Part shown: positions 1-7,736 of the stretch, piece by piece | Numbering within the stretch: position 1 is the stretch's first letter | Layout: every line of letters starts with the position of its first letter | IMG/VR virus record: IMGVR_UViG_3300005955_000004 | Coordinates: 1 to 25,557 of that record | Source of the DNA: a virus | Lineage: Duplodnaviria; Caudoviricetes | Direction: 5' to 3' (one strand) | DNA length: 25,557 nt | Position numbers and translations under genes: made by a program | The notes under the pieces: model-generated | Seen by the model: the letters and a program-made list of their open reading frames with translations, nothing else | Told to the model about the DNA's origin: nothing | Database searches by the model: none

Positions 1-1
1 T

Positions 2-229
2 GGCTTCGGTGCTAAAGACTCAATCATGGCGCTACCATGGCATTCATGTGACGCGACCAACTGGGAAATCGGACCCTGTAAATTCGGTCGCTGGAATTCT
101 TTCGGCAAGATGAGTATCAGGGGCTCGAATCACGACCTTCGTGGCGAGGTAAGATACTATCTAGAAATAGAGAAGCAAGCACGTCTGAAATGGGCTAGCG
201 CAATGAAGAAATTGGAGAGCCTCGAATGA
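2..229 (+). CDS. 5'-truncated probable DpdA/TGT-like DNA-guanine transglycosylase (C-terminal part)
   Basis: The frame is open from the window start: GFGAKDSIMALPWHSCDATNW, resembling the (H)xxG...P..SxD(S/A)TxW C-terminal motifs of TGT/DpdA-like barrels. Its stop overlaps the queC start (ATGA). Only about 75 aa are visible. Confidence 0.55.
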   Translation, partial: GFGAKDSIMALPWHSCDATNWEIGPCKFGRWNSFGKMSIRGSNHDLRGEVRYYLEIEKQARLKWASAMKKLESLE

Positions 230-882
230 AGATCTTAGTAGTGCTATCTGGCGGTATGGATTCAGCGACCTTGCTGTGGCTCTTGAAAAGTCAAGAACAC
301 CACGTCGAAGCGGTCACTATTGACTATAAGCAACGGCATATCAAAGAAATTGACTCGGCAAAGAGCTTATGTGCAATGCTAGGGGTCAAGCATGATATCA
401 TAGACCTGTCATCTATAGGGCAGTATCTGACAGGATCTAGCCAGTCAGATCTTAGCGTTGATGTCCCGCATGGCCGATATGACGAGCCATCAATGAAGCT
501 GACGGTAGTGCCAAACCGCAATATGCTACTACTGGCAGCAGCTGGCGCAGTGGCAATAGCTCGCAAGATGGACCAAGTGGCTTACGGGGCTCACTCTGGC
601 GACCATGCAATCTATCCTGATTGTAGACCCGCGTTCGTCGATTCTATGCGAGAGACCTTCAAGCTAGCAGACTGGCATCAGATCGATATAGCAACGCCAT
701 TCATTAACATTGATAAAGGTCGTATATGCAATCTCGGAATTGATCTTGGCGTACCCTATCACATGACATGGACCTGTTACGCTGGCGACGAATTGCCATG
801 TCGAAAGTGTGGAGCTTGCGTCGAAAGGGCCGAGGCGTTTGCGTTTGCTAAAGCCACAGATCCATTGATAGGAACAGACTGA
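226..882 (+). CDS. queC: 7-cyano-7-deazaguanine (preQ0) synthase
   Basis: SGGMDS PP-loop, Y.QRH..E, VPNRN, YPDCR and the Zn site TWTCY...PCRKCGAC. Confidence 0.95.
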   Translation: MKILVVLSGGMDSATLLWLLKSQEHHVEAVTIDYKQRHIKEIDSAKSLCAMLGVKHDIIDLSSIGQYLTGSSQSDLSVDVPHGRYDEPSMKLTVVPNRNMLLLAAAGAVAIARKMDQVAYGAHSGDHAIYPDCRPAFVDSMRETFKLADWHQIDIATPFINIDKGRICNLGIDLGVPYHMTWTCYAGDELPCRKCGACVERAEAFAFAKATDPLIGTD

Positions 883-1304
883 TGTATGTAAGTAAGCGAT
901 TTCATTTCTATGCAGCCCATAGAAACGCAGAGGTAGGTGGCAAGTGTGCTAATCTGCACGGCCATGTCTATAGAGTAGAGCTATCAGTCCAGCAGCCGCG
1001 TAGTCCTGTAACTCCTAGCGTCACTATCTTATTTGAAGATCTTGATATGATAGTGGACAGAGTGAAGCATGAATTCGATCACGCGCTACTGCTTTACTAT
1101 CACGACCCTGCGAAGGCTATCTTGCAGCAAGATGGCTCTGGCGCTGGAAAGATCCTGATATGCTGGCAGGAAACCAGCGCCGAGAATATAGCGTTGCTGC
1201 TATTGACTAAATTCAAGGCTTTCAATCTTAACGTGAAGAGCCTAACCTTGCATGAAACAGAATCAAGTAGTATAACCGTTACTCCTGATGATATAGAAAA
1301 GTGA
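882..1304 (+). CDS. queD: 6-carboxy-5,6,7,8-tetrahydropterin synthase
   Basis: FYAAHR, CANLHGHVY, FDH, SAENIA and LHETE motifs; lies between queC and queE. Confidence 0.9.
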   Translation: MYVSKRFHFYAAHRNAEVGGKCANLHGHVYRVELSVQQPRSPVTPSVTILFEDLDMIVDRVKHEFDHALLLYYHDPAKAILQQDGSGAGKILICWQETSAENIALLLLTKFKAFNLNVKSLTLHETESSSITVTPDDIEK

Positions 1305-1313
1305 GGCATTGAT

Positions 1314-1928
1314 ATGAAGACGTATCTAGTGAACGAAGTATATAAAACGATTCAAGGCGAAGGTGTCCGAGCTGGAACCGTAAATGTCTTTGTACGCTTC
1401 GCATATTGCAATATGTCTTGTGCTATGGAACCGGGGCCACGATCACCCGGTGGCTTCGACTGCGATACCGAATTCTTATCACATCGCAAGCTTTCTACTG
1501 GAGAGCTAGCACAATGGATTGTCGATGTCTCCGGCGGCTGTCGCTGGATAGTCGCGACTGGCGGAGAGCCGGGGCTTCAGCTTGATAAAGAATTCGTAGA
1601 TCATATGCACGATCTTGGCTATAAGATTGCGGTAGAAACAAATGGCTCGATCAATATGGATGAGCTGAAGCTAGACTGGATCACTGTCAGCCCCAAAGTG
1701 GCAGAGCATGCTATCAGACAGAAGCTTGCCGATGAAGTTAAGTATGTCCGCGCATATGGTCAAGGTATTCCCGTACCAAGCTGCGTAGCAGAACATCAAT
1801 TGATATCACCCGCATTCAATGGCTTGGAAGTCAGCAAGAAAGATATGGCATGGTGCGTTGGGCTAGTAAATGATAACCCGAAGTGGAGGCTATCAGTACA
1901 GCAGCATAAGATGTGGGGTGTACGATGA
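1314..1928 (+). CDS. queE: 7-carboxy-7-deazaguanine synthase (radical SAM)
   Basis: E..KTIQGEG, VFVRF..CN..C...CDT, TGGEP, VETNGS, WITVSPK and the C-terminal RLSVQQHK. Confidence 0.93.
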   Translation: MKTYLVNEVYKTIQGEGVRAGTVNVFVRFAYCNMSCAMEPGPRSPGGFDCDTEFLSHRKLSTGELAQWIVDVSGGCRWIVATGGEPGLQLDKEFVDHMHDLGYKIAVETNGSINMDELKLDWITVSPKVAEHAIRQKLADEVKYVRAYGQGIPVPSCVAEHQLISPAFNGLEVSKKDMAWCVGLVNDNPKWRLSVQQHKMWGVR

Positions 1929-2791
1929 TAGCACTTACTTGGGAGCAAGTTAGATATCTGCTGCAATCTGTGCCTAAGGGTTACTTGTGGGGCATACCAC
2001 GCGGCGGAGCCATTATAGCTGGAATGACTGGCATGGCGGTCGATAAACCAGAAGATGCCGATATCATCGTTGATGATATCATCGTGACAGGAAAGACTAG
2101 AGATCGATATGCGCATCTTGCTAAAGATTTCTTCGCACTGATAGATAAGAACCAGCAATGCCCATTTCTACCAACGGGAAAGCTCTGGCATGATGCTGGG
2201 TGGATCGTGTTTCCGTGGGAAGCAGACGATACAGAGAAAGATATCTTAGAGACGGTAGTCCGCCAGCTTGAGCATATCGGCGAAGATCCTATGCGTGATG
2301 GCCTTATCAATACTCCGCAAAGAGTTATCAAGGCATTGCGTGAGATGACATCAGGATACGCCGAGAATACTCAAGCTATACTGGCAACTACCTTTGATGT
2401 CAGCCATGATGAAATGGTGATACTCAAGAATATATCTTTCTCTAGCCTATGCGAGCATCATATGCTTCCATTCACTGGAGAGGCTACCGTAGGCTATCTC
2501 CCCGGCGAGAGGATCGTAGGCTTATCTAAACTTGCTAGATTGGTGCATGCTCATGCTAAGAGATTGCAAGTTCAGGAACGCATGACGCAGGATATAGCAT
2601 CAGATCTGATGCGTTATCTATCTCCGAAAGGTGTTGGCGTAGTAGTGAAAGCTACCCATATGTGCATGAGTTGTCGTGGTATCAAGCTATCAGGGGCTGA
2701 AATGATCACATCAGCAATGCTAGGAAAGTTTAGAGAATGCGCGGTTGCTAGGGCTGAATTCATATCTTTCGCCACGCAACGCCACACTTAA
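1925..2791 (+). CDS. folE: GTP cyclohydrolase I with N-terminal phosphoribosyltransferase-like domain
   Basis: The C-terminal part has GEDP.R.GL..TP.RV, SLCEHH, GLSKLAR, RLQVQER and HMCMSCRG. The N-terminal ~99 aa has LTWE, GIPRGG, IIVDDIIVTGKT and WIVFPWE. The start is placed at the ATG overlapping the queE stop (ATGA, 1925-1928) rather than at 1913. Confidence 0.9.
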   Translation: MIALTWEQVRYLLQSVPKGYLWGIPRGGAIIAGMTGMAVDKPEDADIIVDDIIVTGKTRDRYAHLAKDFFALIDKNQQCPFLPTGKLWHDAGWIVFPWEADDTEKDILETVVRQLEHIGEDPMRDGLINTPQRVIKALREMTSGYAENTQAILATTFDVSHDEMVILKNISFSSLCEHHMLPFTGEATVGYLPGERIVGLSKLARLVHAHAKRLQVQERMTQDIASDLMRYLSPKGVGVVVKATHMCMSCRGIKLSGAEMITSAMLGKFRECAVARAEFISFATQRHT

Positions 2792-2803
2792 AGAGCTAAG
2801 GCT

Positions 2804-3190
2804 ATGAAGAGACGATATACTGACAAGCAGATCATAGCATCTATCCAACGAGCCAGAGGTTTGGTATATCTTGCTGCTCAAGGCATCGGCTGTGACCCAG
2901 CAACTATACATCACCGTGCGCAGAAGAATCCGAAGATACGCGAAGCTATCGAGATCGAACGCGGTAGGGTGCTTGACTTCGCAGAGGCGAAGCTGCTGGA
3001 AGCAGTTCATGGTGGCGAAGCGTGGGCCGTCTGCTTTCTGCTAAAGACTCAAGCAAAGTCTAGGGGCTATGTAGAGCGGAGCGAGATCAAGCAAGAGTCT
3101 AGAGTAGTGGTGCTATCAGACCCGGAGGAGTTGAGTGACGCAGAACTTGCTGCTATCGCCAGAGGACGCAGCAAGCCTACTTCTAAGTAG
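2804..3190 (+). CDS. Terminase small subunit
   Basis: N-terminal HTH (AAQGIGCDPATIHH), A..FLLKT..K.RGY.ER and C-terminal LSDAEL; directly upstream of and overlapping the large subunit. Confidence 0.8.
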   Translation: MKRRYTDKQIIASIQRARGLVYLAAQGIGCDPATIHHRAQKNPKIREAIEIERGRVLDFAEAKLLEAVHGGEAWAVCFLLKTQAKSRGYVERSEIKQESRVVVLSDPEELSDAELAAIARGRSKPTSK

Positions 3191-4619
3191 GCGTATAGCC
3201 AAACGTAGTCTGGTAGGGTTCTCTAGCTATACCATGCCAGATTACGTTGCTGGCTGGCATCACCAGTATATCAGCGACACTATCAACGAAATGATCTACG
3301 GATCTTTACGCAGGCTGGTTATCAGCTTGCCTCCGCGCCATGGCAAGAGCGAGCTTATCAGCCGCAGATTGCCCGCATATCTGCTAGGTATCGATCCTGA
3401 TACGTCTATCATCGCCGCCAGCTATTCAGCCGACCTAGCATCGCGCAATAATCGTGATGTCCAGAGGATTATCGATAGCAATAGATACAAAGCCTTATTT
3501 CCAGATACTAGGCTTAATGACTCCAACTCAAGGACTATCTCGGGCGGCTGGCTTCGCAATTCAGATCTGTTCGAAGTAGTTGGGCATAAGGGTATCTATA
3601 GATCTGCTGGAGTTGGTGGTGGCATTACGGGTATGGGTGGCAAGTGGCTTATCATTGATGACCCGGTCAAGAATCGCGAAGAGGCTGATAGCGCCACATA
3701 TCGGCAATCTACGTGGGATTGGTATACAAGCACATTCAGTACGCGACAGGAAGCAGACGCGCGCATTCTGATAGTCATGACTAGATGGCACAGCGACGAT
3801 CTTATCGGTAGGCTTCAAGAGCTATCAGCAAGCGACGATCGTGCCGATGCTTGGAGAGCTATCACTTTGCCCGCCATATCTCTTCAAGATCCAAGACCTA
3901 GCTACGATATCAGGGGCGAAGGCGAAGCCCTATGGCCCGCCAAGTTCGATATCGGCGAGCTTGAACGGATGCGCGCATCTATCGGCGAATATCAATGGTC
4001 AGCCCTTTACCAGCAAGATCCTAGAAGTGCTGGCGGTACAGAATGGCCTGATACGTATTTCACGAAAGATATCTGGTTCGATGACTGGCCGTCTACTATC
4101 AATCTGCGGACTATAGGCGTTGATCCAAGCAAGGGCCGTGATGGCAAGCAAGGCGACTATTCAGCTATCATATCACTCGGCAGAGATATCGACGGCACCC
4201 TATATGTAGAAGCAGATCTTGCTAGGCGGAACAGCGAGTCTATAGTTGGTCAAGTTCTGGAAAGCCAGAGGCTATTCAAGGCTGATGCCATAGCTATCGA
4301 GACGAATCAATTCCAAGAATTGCTAGCTGTGCAGATCCAAGAGCGCGCAAGGGCTTCGGGTATGCCAGTGCCGATAGTCCAGCTTATCAATACGGTCGGC
4401 AAGAATATCAGGATACGCAGGCTTGGTCCATATCTTGGACAGAAGCAGATAAGGTTCAAGAGTAATAGCCCCGGAACGAAGCTGCTAGTAGATCAGTTAA
4501 GAGACTTTCCCGTATCGCAGCATGACGATGGACCGGATAGCCTAGAGATGGCACTTCGTGTTATGATAGATATACATAACGGTCGATATGCTAAAACAGT
4601 CAAGAGGGTAGGCGTATGA
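3135..4619 (+). CDS. Terminase large subunit
   Basis: Walker A PPRHGKSE, Walker B LIIDDP, MTRWH..D, nuclease motifs GVDPS and HDDGPDS. GGAGG at 3124-3128 precedes the GTG start. Confidence 0.95.
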   Translation: MTQNLLLSPEDAASLLLSRRIAKRSLVGFSSYTMPDYVAGWHHQYISDTINEMIYGSLRRLVISLPPRHGKSELISRRLPAYLLGIDPDTSIIAASYSADLASRNNRDVQRIIDSNRYKALFPDTRLNDSNSRTISGGWLRNSDLFEVVGHKGIYRSAGVGGGITGMGGKWLIIDDPVKNREEADSATYRQSTWDWYTSTFSTRQEADARILIVMTRWHSDDLIGRLQELSASDDRADAWRAITLPAISLQDPRPSYDIRGEGEALWPAKFDIGELERMRASIGEYQWSALYQQDPRSAGGTEWPDTYFTKDIWFDDWPSTINLRTIGVDPSKGRDGKQGDYSAIISLGRDIDGTLYVEADLARRNSESIVGQVLESQRLFKADAIAIETNQFQELLAVQIQERARASGMPVPIVQLINTVGKNIRIRRLGPYLGQKQIRFKSNSPGTKLLVDQLRDFPVSQHDDGPDSLEMALRVMIDIHNGRYAKTVKRVGV

Positions 4620-6214
4620 ACTGGTTCCAGCGAATCTTCAGCAAGCCAGAGCTATCACCTCGACAGGTCCGCGAGAATCTTGAAGAGCAAATACGTATCA
4701 ATCACCTATCAAAGAAGGTCAAGATATCAGAGTCGTATGCTGATACAGACTACTGGCTATCGTCCTATGTGGATCTGCTAGCACGATATAAAGACGGCGG
4801 CGCTCTTGCGTATCCTATCACTCAGCCGTCTGACAGACGCTATGGCGGCAACTTCCCGTTCTGGTATAGCGAACAGCAGCTATCACTTATTAGAGCGCAA
4901 GCGCGTATGGTCGTAACCATGTCACCTAATGCGCAAGGCTTGCTAAATGGTTTATGCTCTTATGTCATCGGCAGTGGCTATCAATACAACGCTATACCCA
5001 AGCCCAGCAGAGATATACCTGATGCTATCATGGTCAAGGTCCAAGACGTGATTGATATCTTTATCGAGAACAACGCATGGTCTGAAATGGAACAAGAGCT
5101 CTTTACCCGCAGCCGCGAGGACGGTGAATTCTTTCTTCGCATGTTCCGACAAGAAGATGGCAGAATGATGGTTCGCGTAGTCGAGCCAGAGCAAGTGTAT
5201 ATGCCAGTCGGTGGCACGCTAGAAGGGTATAGCTACGGCATCAGGACAGACCCCGATGATGTATGCAATGTGATAGGCTACGCTGTTTCATATCTGGCGC
5301 AAGGCGGAGCAGAGGGTGAAAATCCTATGGCTACCGAAGAGGTTCCAGCTGATGAAATGGTGCATCTGAAAGTCAATGTCAAACGCAATATCAAGAGAGG
5401 TCTATCAGACTTTAGCTACGATACCTTGGACGCTTTCAATACGGCTACTAAGCTACGGCAGAATCTAGGCGAAGGCGCGGCCGTTCAAGCTGCTATAGCC
5501 GGAGTACGCCAGCACGATGCTAGCTCTATTGGACAAGTGGATTCGTTTGTTAATGCTAGCGCCGACTATAGCCAATACAGCCCAGTCACTCAGAAAGGTA
5601 CCGAGTATCAGCAGATCAAGTCAGGCACATTCATTGATATACCGAAAGGTCTAAACTATGTCGCGCCGCCCGCAGCTGCTAATAGCTCTGGACATTTAGA
5701 AGTGCTTCAAGCTCTCTTGCGATCTGCTGGCAATAGGCACAATGCTCCCGAGTGGTTGGTATCTAGTGATGCTAGCAATAACAACTATGCCTCTAGCATG
5801 ACAGCTGAGTCACCGTTCCTTCGCCATTGCAAGAGATTGCAGAAGCTATACGAACGCGCGTTCCTGATAGTGATAAAAGCAGCCATCCAGAATGCTGCTG
5901 ATGCTGGAAAGCTTCCCAGCAATATCTTGAAGTATGTTGATATCGTTGCTACGGCTCCACAGCTGGAAGTTCAAGATCTATCAGGCGCTGCTAACGCAAA
6001 CCAGACTTATGTAAGTCTTGGTATCAAGTCACGCCAGACCGTAGCACAAGAGCTAGGTCTAGACTGGGACACCGAGATTACGAATCAGCAAGAATATGCC
6101 GAGCAACTTGGAGCATCGCCAAGTCTATCAGACAGCGAAGATCAGCAATCACAAGGGCCAGCCGATATATCAGTTGATGAAGAGACCGATCTCTCGCGTA
6201 CTATGAAGTTGTGA
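4616..6214 (+). CDS. Portal protein (lambda-like portal family)
   Basis: 532 aa directly after TerL; DGEFF, H.K.N....KRG.S, D.S..NY.S and G..SRQT....LG.D.D.E patterns. Confidence 0.85.
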   Translation: MNWFQRIFSKPELSPRQVRENLEEQIRINHLSKKVKISESYADTDYWLSSYVDLLARYKDGGALAYPITQPSDRRYGGNFPFWYSEQQLSLIRAQARMVVTMSPNAQGLLNGLCSYVIGSGYQYNAIPKPSRDIPDAIMVKVQDVIDIFIENNAWSEMEQELFTRSREDGEFFLRMFRQEDGRMMVRVVEPEQVYMPVGGTLEGYSYGIRTDPDDVCNVIGYAVSYLAQGGAEGENPMATEEVPADEMVHLKVNVKRNIKRGLSDFSYDTLDAFNTATKLRQNLGEGAAVQAAIAGVRQHDASSIGQVDSFVNASADYSQYSPVTQKGTEYQQIKSGTFIDIPKGLNYVAPPAAANSSGHLEVLQALLRSAGNRHNAPEWLVSSDASNNNYASSMTAESPFLRHCKRLQKLYERAFLIVIKAAIQNAADAGKLPSNILKYVDIVATAPQLEVQDLSGAANANQTYVSLGIKSRQTVAQELGLDWDTEITNQQEYAEQLGASPSLSDSEDQQSQGPADISVDEETDLSRTMKL

Positions 6215-6257
6215 GTAATTGACATAGTGATATTGACACTCGCCCCTAGGGGTCAGC

Positions 6258-7703
6258 ATGAATCATGTATCAAGTATAATTAGTGCAAAGACTGGTATCT
6301 CTAGAGTACAGTCTTTAGTTAGGTCTGATATAGCTGCTGATGGTATAGATAAGAAGACGGCTGTGATATGGCGAAAGATAAGGGCATTGCTATCTGCTAG
6401 CCCTATGAATCCTGATGCGCAAAGACAGCTAACTATTCTGCTTACTGATATCAACCGCGTTGCGTTTGATGGAATTAGAGATGCCTTGCGTTCAGAAGTG
6501 CGCAGCTCGAGGCTTCGGACAGCATCAGATCTAGTCAAGGCGGTGCCAGTTGAATATCTATCTCTGGCTGTAGCTGGAAAGCGTACCGATGCTAGCGCGA
6601 GGATCATTCTGCCGTCATCGATTAGCGAGGGCCGTAGAGCTACTCCAGCAGAGCGAGAGCAAATAGAAGCCATGCTGCTTCCTGCCGAAGACGAAGATGA
6701 AGTAGATAGAATCGTATATCAGCCGGTCGGCGGTATCACTTGGCAGCAGCGTATGGCAGGACAAACATCTCTTGCGCCGCCGCCAGCAGTTGCTGCGCAA
6801 GTAGCTATGGCTATGCTTCAAGGCGAATCAGTAGATCAATTGACAGCTAGACTTGAGCCAATAGTCCAAGGTGTTAGAACTTCTGCGCGGAGGATAGCTA
6901 GGACAGAAATGATGCGTGCTTCGAATGAAGCGACTATAGACATGTATGAAGCTCTAGGACCAATGGTGATCGGATATCAGATTCACGCAATTCTAGACTG
7001 GAGAGTGCGCCCACATCATGCTGCTAGACATGGTACTATCTACTATCGCAATCCTAAGCCCGGTCAGCCTTCAATGACTAATATGCCTCGCCCCCCTATC
7101 GAGGAAGATGGCTCTATAGCATATAACTGTCGATGTACGCTATCAGCTGTATTCATGCCAGCAAAACATATCGAGGACGACCCAGCACTTAAGGCGCTGT
7201 TCGTTGCTAAAGATGGCGATCTGATACCAGACCCGCGCACCTATGATAGATGGTTTGCTAGCGCAAGTGAGCAAGAGCGTAGATGGGCAGTTGGTTCCAG
7301 ACGATTGCAAGCAGCTGCTAGAAAGCTAGAGCCGGGAGAGACTTTGCAATGGTCGCATGTAGTCAATCCTAGCACTGGAACGCTGCTGCCACATCAAGCT
7401 ATCTCTGCCGAGCAGCCAGCAATCAGAGCTGAAAGAATCCAGCAAGTTAATAGCGTGATAGCACAGCGTGCTGAATTGCATCGCAAGGTGATGGTCTATG
7501 GCTATCTCCCGCCAGAGCCAGAGCAGCCGATGCCGAAAGCTATCATCTTGAAGCCTAAGCCCCCGAAGCCCTATAGGATCGGCAGAAAGCCCCCTAGATT
7601 ACCCGCCACCGCGCGCAAGCCGTCAAGGCTGATAGCTATGATCCGAGCGAAGATCGCCGCCAGAAAGCGCAAGCGGGAAGATGATAAGCGAAAGAGGTCT
7701 TGA
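6258..7703 (+). CDS. Minor head morphogenesis protein (SPP1 gp7 / Mu gpF-like)
   Basis: ARRIARTE, D.RVRPHH...G and PP...YNCRC motifs; position after the portal. Confidence 0.85.
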   Translation: MNHVSSIISAKTGISRVQSLVRSDIAADGIDKKTAVIWRKIRALLSASPMNPDAQRQLTILLTDINRVAFDGIRDALRSEVRSSRLRTASDLVKAVPVEYLSLAVAGKRTDASARIILPSSISEGRRATPAEREQIEAMLLPAEDEDEVDRIVYQPVGGITWQQRMAGQTSLAPPPAVAAQVAMAMLQGESVDQLTARLEPIVQGVRTSARRIARTEMMRASNEATIDMYEALGPMVIGYQIHAILDWRVRPHHAARHGTIYYRNPKPGQPSMTNMPRPPIEEDGSIAYNCRCTLSAVFMPAKHIEDDPALKALFVAKDGDLIPDPRTYDRWFASASEQERRWAVGSRRLQAAARKLEPGETLQWSHVVNPSTGTLLPHQAISAEQPAIRAERIQQVNSVIAQRAELHRKVMVYGYLPPEPEQPMPKAIILKPKPPKPYRIGRKPPRLPATARKPSRLIAMIRAKIAARKRKREDDKRKRS

Positions 7704-7729
7704 CAATGCTTTGTCGCATACTCTATAGA
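7700..7729 (+). promoter_or_regulatory. Candidate sigma70-like promoter with overlapping inverted repeat
   Basis: TTGACA at 7700-7705, 18-nt spacer, imperfect -10 TATAGA at 7724-7729; GACAA-N4-TTGTC at 7702-7715. Confidence 0.35.
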
Positions 7730-7736
7730 TAGATAC

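Noticed and set aside
1925-2791. T-fold enzyme could be QueF or QueF-like
   Set aside because: CEHH and HMC Zn ligands and GLSKLAR indicate FolE; no QueF motif is seen.
3135-6214. Intein or intron in terminase or portal
   Set aside because: Lengths are ordinary and no splicing or homing-endonuclease motifs are seen.
6275-6280. Perfect TATAAT pairing with TTGACA at 6233
   Set aside because: The 36-nt spacing is too long and the hexamer lies inside the ORF.
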